The notes beneath the pieces were generated by a model. The model worked only from the letters and a program-made list of their open reading frames with translations. It ran no database searches and was not told the DNA's origin. Below, piece by piece: positions 1-8,993 of a stretch of DNA of 32,000 nt (the stretch's first letter is position 1; each line of letters opens with the position of its first letter). The position numbers were made by a program, and so were the translations under genes. Location: positions 1,170,001 to 1,202,000 of the forward strand of contig NC_017262.1 in assembly GCF_000175255.2 (NCBI RefSeq), written 5' to 3'. Source of the stretch: Zymomonas mobilis subsp. mobilis ATCC 10988. Lineage in GTDB: Bacteria > Pseudomonadota > Alphaproteobacteria > Sphingomonadales > Sphingomonadaceae.

Positions 1-719
1 ATGGCTTGCCAATCACCGCCATAAAGGCTGTTGAAAGATTTTTCTTCTATCAACTCGACATTATTATCATGTTCGCGCCGCCATGCGATCAAATCGCGGA
101 TGGTGCCTATCTTGATATTATGTCTTTGAGCAAAAGTGACCAGATCATCAAGACGAGCCATTGTCCCGTCTTCTTTCATCACTTCACAGATAACACCGGA
201 AGCATTTAATCCAGCCAAACGTGCAATATCAACAGCGGCTTCCGTATGTCCCGCCCTGACCAGAACGCCGCCCGATTTTGCGGCTAAGGGGAAAACATGA
301 CCTGGGGTTACGATGTCTTCTGCACCGCGAGAACTGTCGATAGCAACTGCAATGGTTCTTGCCCTGTCGCCAGCAGAAATGCCTGTTGTAACACCTTCTT
401 TGGCTTCAATCGAAACGGTGAAAGCCGTTTGCAGAGGCGCGTTATTCTCGCGTGACATCGGGGCTAGACCCAAACTAGTTACGCGCTCTTTAGTCATGGC
501 GAGGCAGACCAATCCTCGTCCATGCGTCGCCATAAAATTGATGGCTGCCGGTGTTGCCATCTGTGCCGGAATAATCAGATCGCCTTCATTTTCACGATCT
601 TCATCATCAACCAGAATAAATATTCGACCATTCCGTGCTTCTTCGATCAGCTCTTCAACCGAAGATAGAAAAGGATGCCGTTTGGTCGATCCTTTTACAA
701 TAGGGGTGTTCTTACTCAT
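1..719 (-). CDS. ribB: 3,4-dihydroxy-2-butanone 4-phosphate synthase domain (RibB, possibly the N-terminus of a RibBA fusion), runs off the left edge
   Basis: Manual reverse-strand translation from the ATG at 719 gives MSKNTPIVKGSTKRHPFLSSVEELIEEARNGRIFILVDDEDRENEGDLIIPAQMATPAAINFMATHGRGLVCLAMTKERV..., with the DDEDRENEGD and HTEAAVD-type motifs. The start overlaps the ribE stop as ATGA. Confidence 0.93.
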   Translation of the reverse strand, partial: MSKNTPIVKGSTKRHPFLSSVEELIEEARNGRIFILVDDEDRENEGDLIIPAQMATPAAINFMATHGRGLVCLAMTKERVTSLGLAPMSRENNAPLQTAFTVSIEAKEGVTTGISAGDRARTIAVAIDSSRGAEDIVTPGHVFPLAAKSGGVLVRAGHTEAAVDIARLAGLNASGVICEVMKEDGTMARLDDLVTFAQRHNIKIGTIRDLIAWRREHDNNVELIEEKSFNSLYGGDWQA

Positions 720-1336
720 ACCGCGACATTTCCTAAAGCATTCATTCTGGCAAGATAGCGCGAGAGAACATCAATTTCGATATTGACAAAATCACCGGCT
801 TTCAGATCGCCCAGCGTGGTTTTTTCGGCGGTGTGAGGAATGATGTTGATAGAAAACAGCACTTTGCCATCGACATCTTTAACTTCGTTCACCGTAAGTG
901 ATACGCCGTCGAGAGAGACTGATCCTTTTTCTGCAATATGCGGGGCGACTTCGGGGCCAGCTTCAATCAGAAAATTATGGGAGTCACCGACCGCCGTAAT
1001 CGAAACAACTTTACCAATGCCATCGACATGACCTGTAACGATATGGCCGCCCAATTCATCGCCTATTTTTAAGGCACGTTCCAGATTAAGTTTTTGGCCT
1101 TTTTCCCAGCGTCCCGGTGCCGTGCGGGAAACAGATTCGCCAGAAACGGTAACCTCAAACCAGTTGCGAGGCGTTGTCCCTTTGTCAACCACGGTCAGAC
1201 AAACACCGGAACAGGCGATAGAGGAACCGGTAGGAACGGTATCCATAGGATATTCTGTTGCAATACGAATGCGGCGATCGCCTTCCTGCGTAACAGAAGT
1301 AATCTCGCCAATATCGGTAACAATGCCGGTGAACAT
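716..1336 (-). CDS. ribE: Riboflavin synthase alpha subunit
   Basis: ORF of 206 aa beginning MFTGIVTDIGEI, with duplicated lumazine-binding domains (SLTVNEV, LARYLARM) and an adjacent riboflavin cluster. Confidence 0.95.
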   Translation of the reverse strand: MFTGIVTDIGEITSVTQEGDRRIRIATEYPMDTVPTGSSIACSGVCLTVVDKGTTPRNWFEVTVSGESVSRTAPGRWEKGQKLNLERALKIGDELGGHIVTGHVDGIGKVVSITAVGDSHNFLIEAGPEVAPHIAEKGSVSLDGVSLTVNEVKDVDGKVLFSINIIPHTAEKTTLGDLKAGDFVNIEIDVLSRYLARMNALGNVAV

Positions 1337-1424
1337 GGGGTAAGCTCCGTTCCTGTGAAGGGTAATAAAATTATTTTATATATTGTTTTTTGATAAATTT
1401 ATTTTTTTGTAAATAAGCCCATTT

Positions 1425-2396
1425 TTATATTCGTAAATAGGCTTCCAACTGGTCATTGCCAAGCGTTCTTCTCTCTTTGAGATGCCAACGATGATGCGCT
1501 TCAGATAAATTCGTTAATCCAATATCAGCCAAGGCATGCAAGCCCTTCCCAATAAGAATAGGGGCGCGATAGAGTAATATCCGATCAACCAGATCGGCCT
1601 TTAAAAAAGCCGCGGCTGTTTTTGCCCCGCCTTCAATCAGGACATGATCGGCAGTTGTTTTGATAATATCTGTGGGCTCTCTTAATCCAATCCAGCCGGA
1701 AGGGATTTCTCCATGGCCTAAAACTGCTTTTTTCGGTGAGCGATCGCCTAAACCTTGTAAGCGGACATTGAGAGAGGGCTTGTCAAATTCCAGTGTTTTT
1801 CGACCGACAACAATCAGCTCTGATCGCATTCTTTCCAAATGGGCATGCGCTCTCGCCCTTTCTCCGGTAATCCACTGGCTTTCGCCATTTTCTAACGCGA
1901 TACAACCATCAAGCGAAGTCGCCATCTTTAACGTAACATAAGGCCGAGCTTTCAGTTGACGACTGAAAAAACCAGACATCGATTGCGCCGCCTGCTTCTC
2001 AAGAAGACCACACTCCACTTTGATACCGGCTGCGACCATTTTGGAAATACCTTGGCCATTGGTTCGGGGGTCAGGGTCACGACAAGCAATAACTACTCTT
2101 TCAGGCAGAGCGGCAACCAAACTATCGCTACAGGTTGGGCCCCTGTTACTTTTATGGGCGCAAGGCTCCAAGGTGACATAAACAGTTGCCCCCTTCAGCG
2201 ATTGGCATTGTGACAAAGCCATCGCCTCCGCATGAGGTCGTCCGCCTGACTGTGTCCAGCCACGTCCGATGATCTGATTATCTTTATTGACAATAATACA
2301 GCCAACAGAAGGCGAGGGGGCAGTCAGGCCTTTACTTCTTTCGCCAAGGGCGATGGCGGCTTGCATCCAGCGGATATCATTTTCAAGATGGGTCAA
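1425..2396 (-). CDS. ribD: Bifunctional diaminohydroxyphosphoribosylaminopyrimidine deaminase / 5-amino-6-(5-phosphoribosylamino)uracil reductase
   Basis: ORF of 323 aa with the cytidine-deaminase-like zinc motif HAEAMAL...VTLEPCAHKSNRGPTC and reductase domain KMATSLDGCIAL. Confidence 0.95.
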   Translation of the reverse strand: MTHLENDIRWMQAAIALGERSKGLTAPSPSVGCIIVNKDNQIIGRGWTQSGGRPHAEAMALSQCQSLKGATVYVTLEPCAHKSNRGPTCSDSLVAALPERVVIACRDPDPRTNGQGISKMVAAGIKVECGLLEKQAAQSMSGFFSRQLKARPYVTLKMATSLDGCIALENGESQWITGERARAHAHLERMRSELIVVGRKTLEFDKPSLNVRLQGLGDRSPKKAVLGHGEIPSGWIGLREPTDIIKTTADHVLIEGGAKTAAAFLKADLVDRILLYRAPILIGKGLHALADIGLTNLSEAHHRWHLKERRTLGNDQLEAYLRI

Positions 2397-2426
2397 ATTG
2401 ACAGCCTGCTTTTCAAATATGTTGCC

Positions 2427-2777
2427 CTAATTTTGTGTTGAATAGCCTAACACATGGCCAAATTCACGCCAGCGCTTGCGAGATTCTTCTTGTCTGGCCT
2501 CAAGTTTTTTTTGATCTTCGAGATTTTTAGACTGAATTTCGGCATCGCTACGTGCGCCATTGATATTTTGGACAAAGATAATTTCAGGATCCGGCTTTTC
2601 TATCTTTGAGCTAAAAAACATCATGGAAACCATGCCCCCCGTCAAGGCAAGCGAAAGGATGGCTATCACTGGCCGGATATGCCCATGATTTCGGATAAAT
2701 GCGTTTATATCCTGCCATAAAATAGAAATTTTGTTTCGAACCATATCCGGTAATTTATAGGCTTCCTGAAAAATCAC
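2427..2777 (-). CDS. Small single-pass membrane protein of unknown function
   Basis: ORF of 116 aa with one hydrophobic helix (PVIAILSLALTGGMVSMMFF) and a charged coiled-coil-like C-terminal part. It lies 30 nt upstream of ribD on the same strand. Confidence 0.65.
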   Translation of the reverse strand: MIFQEAYKLPDMVRNKISILWQDINAFIRNHGHIRPVIAILSLALTGGMVSMMFFSSKIEKPDPEIIFVQNINGARSDAEIQSKNLEDQKKLEARQEESRKRWREFGHVLGYSTQN

Positions 2778-2958
2778 CAGCCCTGCTTTTGCACAAATAA
2801 TTGAGAACAGAAAAAAAGATTATTTTGGTATAATTTTCCAAAATGAGAAATTATCTTCATAATGGTTAAGTTGTATTTGGATATTCCCCCTTGAAAGTGG
2901 CATATCTCATAGAAATATGCATTGTATATATCTGTAATTTTGATGAGGAATAACGGGC

Positions 2959-3678
2959 GTGAGAATAGCCCTGCTAGATGATGATCTGGAAACGGCTGCT
3001 CAGTTAAATGCAATTTTGACTGAAGCGGGTTACGACTGTCGTTCTTTCCATAAAGGCTATGCCCTTTTAAGAATGCTGCGCAGCGAAACGGTTGATTTAT
3101 TATTACTTGATTGGAATGTGCCTGATTTTTCAGGGATTGAAATCATAGAATGGGTCAATAAACATTGCGATCCGAAACCGCCTATTCTGCTCTCAACGGC
3201 GAGAACGGCGGCCGAAGATATTGTTACTGGCCTGAATGCCGGAGCAGATGATTATCTGGTTAAGCCCGTTCAGCCTGAAATCTTGCTGGCTCGGGTAAAG
3301 GCTGTCTTGCGGCGTAGTTATCCAACACCACCGTCAGATGGTATTGAACATTACGACGATTATACCTTTGATGTTTCAAGAGAGCAGGTGTCTCTAGGCA
3401 ATACGCTTATTCCGATGACATCAAAGGAGTTTACGCTTTCCTTGCTGTTATTCCGTAATCTGCATCGACCATTGTCACGGGGATATATTTTTGAAACCCT
3501 TTGGGGACGGAATCCGGATTTGCCGACCCGAACACTTGATACCCATATCTCAAAAATCAGAACCAAACTTAATTTGAGACCGGAAAATGGTTATCGGTTA
3601 GCGCCTGTTTATGCCTATGGTTACCGTTTGGAACGGCTAGCTGAAAAGAAAGCCATCGCTGCAGAAGCTGTTCGGTAA
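2959..3678 (+). CDS. OmpR/PhoB-family two-component response regulator
   Basis: 239 aa. Receiver domain (LLLLDWNVPD, LLSTART, DDYLVKPVQP) plus a winged-helix C-terminal domain (RTLDTHISKIRTKLNL...YRLAPVYAYGYRL). GTG start with an upstream GAGGAA. Confidence 0.95.
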   Translation: MRIALLDDDLETAAQLNAILTEAGYDCRSFHKGYALLRMLRSETVDLLLLDWNVPDFSGIEIIEWVNKHCDPKPPILLSTARTAAEDIVTGLNAGADDYLVKPVQPEILLARVKAVLRRSYPTPPSDGIEHYDDYTFDVSREQVSLGNTLIPMTSKEFTLSLLLFRNLHRPLSRGYIFETLWGRNPDLPTRTLDTHISKIRTKLNLRPENGYRLAPVYAYGYRLERLAEKKAIAAEAVR

Positions 3679-3681
3679 AGA

Positions 3682-5034
3682 ATGTTTTGGAAGCGCGGAA
3701 GCCTCCGGCCTTTTCTTCTGGGCTGTGCACTTCTGTTTTTAGGAAGCGGCCATAGCGAAAAGGCTGTAGCCGCGCATTTCGAAAACCATCAATCCGTTGA
3801 ATATATCGTTGAGCAAGGCGATACGCTTTCTTCTATTGCTCAGCGCTATTTTGACAGAATAAGCGATATGGAAGCTATTGCGAAGCGGGCTGGCGTTTCT
3901 TTAAGTCAGCCTTTGCATGCAGGCTTCCATCTTAATATCCCTAAAGCGTTTTTACGGCGTGAAATTTCTACCGCTGTAGTTTCCCATATTTCGGGTCCCG
4001 TCACTCTTTTTATTCACGGGAAAAGAGGTTGCCTGCAACAAGGCCAGCCCGTTACCGAGCAAATGACTATTGAGACGGGTTCGTCAGGCTTTGTGACCCT
4101 CCTTTTGCCGGACGGCTCGCATGTCAGCATGCCTTCTATGAGCCAGATTACTATCACACGTCTGCGCAAGGTAGCTTTGACCGGAGCGGTTGAGCGATCA
4201 TTCAAATTAGAAGCAGGGCATGTCCGCGTCCATGCGACGCCTTTATTCCGTTCTGACAGCTATTTTCATATCGCAACACCATCCTCGCTGACAGCTGTCC
4301 GAGGGACTGATTTTCGTGTTCATTATATCGAAAATAGTAAGACCCATAAAAAAGAGAATATTGTCGAAGTATTAGAAGGTTTGGTCACAACTGATAATCA
4401 TAAAATAGTTTATGCGGTTCCTGGCGGATATGGTACCAATTCAATAGAAAAGCTTGATTTTCCTTTGAATACGCCGCCCAGTCCTTCAAACCGTTTAACC
4501 ATTCTTCGTGATGCCGAGCCCGATATTTTCTTAAGCAAAATGCCGACGGCCTCTGTTTATTATGCTGAATTGTCCAAAGATCCAGATTTCTCTGATTTGC
4601 TTTCTGAAAGCTGGCTCGATAATACAGACGTTAAATTACAAGGATTAGGCGACGGGCATTATTATTTGCGGCTTTCTGCTGTTGATAATCATGATCTTGA
4701 GGGTGAGGAAAAAGTTTTTCCTATTGATCATAAAACCGGCCATCTCGAGGCTTCGGCTTATTCTTTCTCTGAGGGGGCAGTTTTCCAATGGAAAATACCA
4801 GATAATGAAGTAGTTATTAGTCGTTTGCAGGTTGTCGCTAGTAAAATCAGTGAAACTGCTATCCCTATTGTGGATCAATTAGGGGGTAAGACAGGGCTTG
4901 TAAAAATTTCCTCTTTGCCGGAAGGGGATTATTACTGGCGTATTATTGCAGCATGGCCAGCAGGGGGACAAATTATATTGCCTTTTCGTAAGTTGCATAT
5001 TTCAGGAAATAACCCGATGAAAAAAAATGAATGA
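3682..5034 (+). CDS. Secreted LysM and FecR domain protein
   Basis: 450 aa. N-terminal signal peptide, LysM motif YIVEQGDTLSSIAQRYFDR, FecR-like core VHVHATPLFRSDSYFHIATPSSLTAVRGTDFRVHY. Starts 3 nt after the regulator stop. Confidence 0.88.
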   Translation: MFWKRGSLRPFLLGCALLFLGSGHSEKAVAAHFENHQSVEYIVEQGDTLSSIAQRYFDRISDMEAIAKRAGVSLSQPLHAGFHLNIPKAFLRREISTAVVSHISGPVTLFIHGKRGCLQQGQPVTEQMTIETGSSGFVTLLLPDGSHVSMPSMSQITITRLRKVALTGAVERSFKLEAGHVRVHATPLFRSDSYFHIATPSSLTAVRGTDFRVHYIENSKTHKKENIVEVLEGLVTTDNHKIVYAVPGGYGTNSIEKLDFPLNTPPSPSNRLTILRDAEPDIFLSKMPTASVYYAELSKDPDFSDLLSESWLDNTDVKLQGLGDGHYYLRLSAVDNHDLEGEEKVFPIDHKTGHLEASAYSFSEGAVFQWKIPDNEVVISRLQVVASKISETAIPIVDQLGGKTGLVKISSLPEGDYYWRIIAAWPAGGQIILPFRKLHISGNNPMKKNE

Positions 5035-7318
5035 TGTTTTTGACAGTCTGAATACAGAGAACACTGCACGAATAGAAACTGAATTAAAAAATACACTCGT
5101 TTTTGAATGGTCTCTATTGGCTCTTGCGGCTACTTTGGCCGTGGTGGTCATCAGCTGGGCTGGGATGACTTCGCAGTTGGATCTCTTTTTCTACGATACC
5201 GTTGTAAGGTTGGGATGCCACAAACCTGACCCTTCGGTTCTTATTGTCAAAATTGATGATAATGCTTTGAAAACCATAGCACCTTGGCCATGGTCTCCCG
5301 ATAAACATGCTAAATTTATTAAACAATTGGATGCCGGACATCCTTTGGAAATAGGATATAATGTCCTGTTTCTTGATCCTTCAGAATCCCAAGCAACAGA
5401 AAATTTATCGAAGACCTTAAAAACCAGTAAAACACCGATATTTTTACCGATGTTGGTTGAATCCGGTAATCACAACAAGAAAACGGTTGCGGTTCTACCT
5501 TTGCTGGCACCCTCTGCAACTAATGTGGGTCATGTCAGCGTGCCTTTTGATCGCGATGGAATGGTTCGCCGCTATTGGCCTGCCTTGACGGCAAAAGGGC
5601 GCTACTGGCCTGCTTTGGTCGAGTTGATGGATAACCCTAAAAAGGTTTATTCCGAAGCTGATTTACGTGAAAAGCTATTTTCTTTTGATGGCCCCCGAAA
5701 TCGTTTCCCTGTTATTTCTGCGGCTGCCATTTGGCGCAACGAGGTGCCTCCAGAATTTTTAACCGGTAAAAGAATTCTGGTCGGTGTAACCGCATCGGGT
5801 TTTGAATATTTACATCCGACGCCTTTCGGGGTGATGTCTGGTGTCGAAATTCAAGCCAATATTTTGGATACCTTGCTTCATGATCGGACAATCCATGAAG
5901 CTAGTGACATTACCAAGCTGATTGTCGCACTGGTATCTCTATGGATCTTGCTTATTGGGTTTCGCTTTTTATCGCCAAGGGCAACAATATTATTGACCGT
6001 TACCCTTGGGGTAGGGGTGCCGCTTTTATGTGCGGTTTTATTCCTGTTTTTTAATTATTGGTTCCCGCCGATCACATCCGTTGTCGGGGTGGCGTTTACC
6101 TATCCTTTTTGGGCATGGAGCCGTTTAGCCAGCCTTAGTAAATATTTTTCTGATGAATTGGAAAAATTATTAAGCGATTTTCCAGAAGAACAAAGACAAA
6201 AATTACCCGATATTACCGCAGCCGACCCACTGGAATATAAAAAGCAACTTTTAAAATTAGCCATTTCTCGCATTGTTTTTATGCGTCGTTTTATTGCTGA
6301 TAGTTTATATTATTTGCCTGACGTATTTTTTGTTACCGATAAAGATAATAACATCATTTTATTAAATAAAGCAGCTGAGAATTTAACCGCAGAATTAGGC
6401 GCTCAATATCATTACAGAATGCCGATTTCGACGATCTTAAACCATCTCCATAATGAAGAAGGCCATCGGATAAACTTTGATCAAGTCCGTAATAATGAGA
6501 TTAATAGCCAATGTTATGCCGAAAATGGCCGAGCTTTTGATCTGCGTATCGCGGCTTGTCGTCAGGTGATTAACCAGCCTGATGGATGGCTTATTATGTT
6601 GATTGATATCAGTGCTGTTAAATCTGCCGAAGAACAGCGTCAGCGTATTTTGCATCTTTTAAGTCATGATATGCGGTCACCACAAATCTCTATTCTGGCC
6701 TTGATTGACCGTTTTTCTCGGACATCCTGTAGCAAGGAAAAAGAAGCGCAAGAAATCATTACCAAGATTTCCAATTACGCCCGCCGGACATTGGGATTGG
6801 CAGATAATTTTACCCGTTTGGCACAGGCAGAAGCGCCCGAATACCAATGGATGGATGTTGAAATTGAAGGCGTGATGACCAGCGCAGTCGATGAATTATG
6901 GATACAGGCCAATAAACGCCAGATCAAAATAACGCTTAATGATTGGGAAGAACCTTTATTCGTCGAAGGTGATCCAGCTTTATTAGAGCGGGTATTTATC
7001 AATTTGATAGATAACGCCGTAAAATATAGCCCTGATGGAAGCACCGTTTCCTGCACAGTGAAAAAAAAGGAAGATCAGGTAGAAATTGCCATCTGCGACC
7101 AAGGGATTGGGATGGATCAGGAGCAGATAGAAGCCCTGTTCCGGCCTTTCCGTCGCGCCTCAACAGGCCCCGCTGCCAAGATTTCAGGTATCGGTTTAGG
7201 TCTGGTCTTCGTTAATAAGGTTATTTTGCGGCATCATGGCCATATCGATTGTAGAAGCACTCCCGGAAAGGGAACATGTTTTATTGTAACCTTGCCGCTG
7301 ATGGTTGATCCTGAATAG
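5027..7318 (+). CDS. CHASE2-domain sensor histidine kinase with a PAS-like domain
   Basis: 763 aa. CHASE2 region (FFYDTVVRLGCHKPDPSVLIVKIDDNALKTIAPWPWSPDKHAKFI), a hydrophobic membrane cluster, HisKA H-box LHLLSHDMRSPQ, N-box NLIDNAVKYSPDG, G-boxes ICDQGIGM and GIGLGLVF. Overlaps the upstream gene by 8 nt. Confidence 0.94.
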   Translation: MNDVFDSLNTENTARIETELKNTLVFEWSLLALAATLAVVVISWAGMTSQLDLFFYDTVVRLGCHKPDPSVLIVKIDDNALKTIAPWPWSPDKHAKFIKQLDAGHPLEIGYNVLFLDPSESQATENLSKTLKTSKTPIFLPMLVESGNHNKKTVAVLPLLAPSATNVGHVSVPFDRDGMVRRYWPALTAKGRYWPALVELMDNPKKVYSEADLREKLFSFDGPRNRFPVISAAAIWRNEVPPEFLTGKRILVGVTASGFEYLHPTPFGVMSGVEIQANILDTLLHDRTIHEASDITKLIVALVSLWILLIGFRFLSPRATILLTVTLGVGVPLLCAVLFLFFNYWFPPITSVVGVAFTYPFWAWSRLASLSKYFSDELEKLLSDFPEEQRQKLPDITAADPLEYKKQLLKLAISRIVFMRRFIADSLYYLPDVFFVTDKDNNIILLNKAAENLTAELGAQYHYRMPISTILNHLHNEEGHRINFDQVRNNEINSQCYAENGRAFDLRIAACRQVINQPDGWLIMLIDISAVKSAEEQRQRILHLLSHDMRSPQISILALIDRFSRTSCSKEKEAQEIITKISNYARRTLGLADNFTRLAQAEAPEYQWMDVEIEGVMTSAVDELWIQANKRQIKITLNDWEEPLFVEGDPALLERVFINLIDNAVKYSPDGSTVSCTVKKKEDQVEIAICDQGIGMDQEQIEALFRPFRRASTGPAAKISGIGLGLVFVNKVILRHHGHIDCRSTPGKGTCFIVTLPLMVDPE

Positions 7319-7802
7319 CTTTCTCGACTGTCTCTCTGGAATGCTTTTTGAGAGCGGAGCAGAAGGCAGCAGCCATCTCGCTTGAGATCTGTTGATCGGT
7401 ATTGATATGCCAGATCTTATACCCTGTAATAGAGTAATTCTTTGAGTTGTCAGTGGCATGAGGCGGAATGAACAGCCATGTCATATCGCTTTGCCACATG
7501 ACATTCTTTCCTGAAAGCCTATCCAGTTTTTTGGTGTTTTTATCCTTCATATTGATGAATTGCGGATGTTGGGCATAGCTAACGGCAATTTGCCAGACAT
7601 CCTCATCCTTCATTTCATCGCTGGCAGCTTTCCATCCCAATGAAAATAGACAATTTGTTATAAGATGGGATGGCGAGGCTTCTATAAGGCGAAAATAGCC
7701 TGCTTTAACGGGTTTTCCGTGTGGTTTGATTAAAAAGTCAGTCGCGATGGCGGGTTTGTAAAGGCAAAGGCTAAGTGCAAAAAGGCAAATAAATCGTCGC
7801 AT
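7281..7802 (-). CDS. Small secreted/periplasmic protein of unknown function (likely start at 7802; the longest ORF extends to 7862)
   Basis: From the internal ATG the protein begins MRRFICLFALSLCLYKPAIATDF, a good signal peptide. It lies downstream of glpX on the same strand. Confidence 0.7.
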   Translation of the reverse strand: MRRFICLFALSLCLYKPAIATDFLIKPHGKPVKAGYFRLIEASPSHLITNCLFSLGWKAASDEMKDEDVWQIAVSYAQHPQFINMKDKNTKKLDRLSGKNVMWQSDMTWLFIPPHATDNSKNYSITGYKIWHINTDQQISSEMAAAFCSALKKHSRETVEKAIQDQPSAARLQ

Positions 7803-7873
7803 GCGAAAGAGAATGGCATTGTCGTTCACCATTCCCAAGATAGATATTTGCCCATTTTGCATAAGAAATATTT

Positions 7874-8872
7874 TTATTTCATAAAAGTCGCTAGGTCAGG
7901 AATATGTCTATGTTCTGTCGTGATATAACTGACTTGGCCAGTGCTAGCCTGCATAATAAGACTTTGGGTAACTGAAACACCGCGCAAATCCTTATAGACT
8001 CCTCTGATAAGGGAGCCATCAGTGACGCCTGTCGCCGCAAAAATCGTATCGCTTTTTGCAAGGTCATGCAGCTTATAAACACGATTGAGGTCTTCTATTC
8101 CACAGCGATGCGCTCTGTCCCGTTCGTCATCATTCCGAAAAAGGAGACGGCCTTCAAATTGTCCACCGATACAGTTCAAGGCAGCGGCGGCAAGGACGCC
8201 TTCAGGCGCACCACCAATGCCCATATATATATCAACATTGCTGCTTTCGCGGGCTGTTGCGATGACCCCCGCAATATCGCCATCTTCGATAAGAATCGTT
8301 GAACAACCGATTCCGTGTAATTCTGAAATGATTTTTTGGTGACGTTGGCGTTCTAGGATGCAAACCCGAATGTCTTTAGGTTCGACCCCTTTCGCTTTAG
8401 CCAAGGCCTGTATATTTTCTATGGGGGTCTTTTCAACGCTGACCAAACCGGCTTCATATCCGGGGCCTATAGCGACCTTTTCCATATAAACATCAGGGGC
8501 GTTTAAAAGACTTCCCTTGGGGGCAATTGCTAAAACAGCAATGGCATTGGCGCTGCCATTGGCGGCTAAGGTTGTGCCTTCCAAGGGATCTAAAGCAATA
8601 TCAATTGAGATATCATCGGCACCCATTCGGCCAACTTCTTCGCCGATATAAAGCATCGGCGCCTGATCTCGTTCACCTTCTCCGATAACAACGGTTCCGT
8701 TAATCGACAATTCGTTAAAGGCATCTCTCATGGCTTTGACAGCCGCTGCATCTGCGGCTTTTTCATTCCCATGTCCTACCAATCGAGAGACGGCCAAAGC
8801 CGCCGATTGAGTAACATAGGCCATGTCATGCGTCAGAGCAGGGTTTAATCTTTCACTCTCTTGTCTAGCCAT
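7874..8872 (-). CDS. glpX: Class II fructose-1,6-bisphosphatase
   Basis: 332 aa with VIGEGERDQAPMLYIGEEVG, DIALDPLEGTTLAANG and GGAPEGVLAAAAL motifs. Confidence 0.95.
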   Translation of the reverse strand: MARQESERLNPALTHDMAYVTQSAALAVSRLVGHGNEKAADAAAVKAMRDAFNELSINGTVVIGEGERDQAPMLYIGEEVGRMGADDISIDIALDPLEGTTLAANGSANAIAVLAIAPKGSLLNAPDVYMEKVAIGPGYEAGLVSVEKTPIENIQALAKAKGVEPKDIRVCILERQRHQKIISELHGIGCSTILIEDGDIAGVIATARESSNVDIYMGIGGAPEGVLAAAALNCIGGQFEGRLLFRNDDERDRAHRCGIEDLNRVYKLHDLAKSDTIFAATGVTDGSLIRGVYKDLRGVSVTQSLIMQASTGQVSYITTEHRHIPDLATFMK

Positions 8873-8993
8873 GAGTATTCGCCTTCTCTGACCTTAAAAA
8901 TTATATAAGAATCCAGCCGAAACAAGTTATAAATGAACCTGATAAAGCGATGTCGCCTAACGAATAGTTGCCATCATCTTATAATGATTTATT

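Noticed and set aside
313-786. 157 aa plus-strand ORF
   Set aside because: Antisense to the clearly recognisable ribB coding sequence; it has no family features and is a mirror ORF.
1337-1424. Possible riboswitch or regulatory leader in the ribD-ribE gap
   Set aside because: The gap is short and AT-rich, and I could not match an FMN riboswitch core.
2774-3013. 79 aa minus-strand ORF upstream of the regulator
   Set aside because: Overlaps the promoter and start of the regulator; AT-rich spurious translation.
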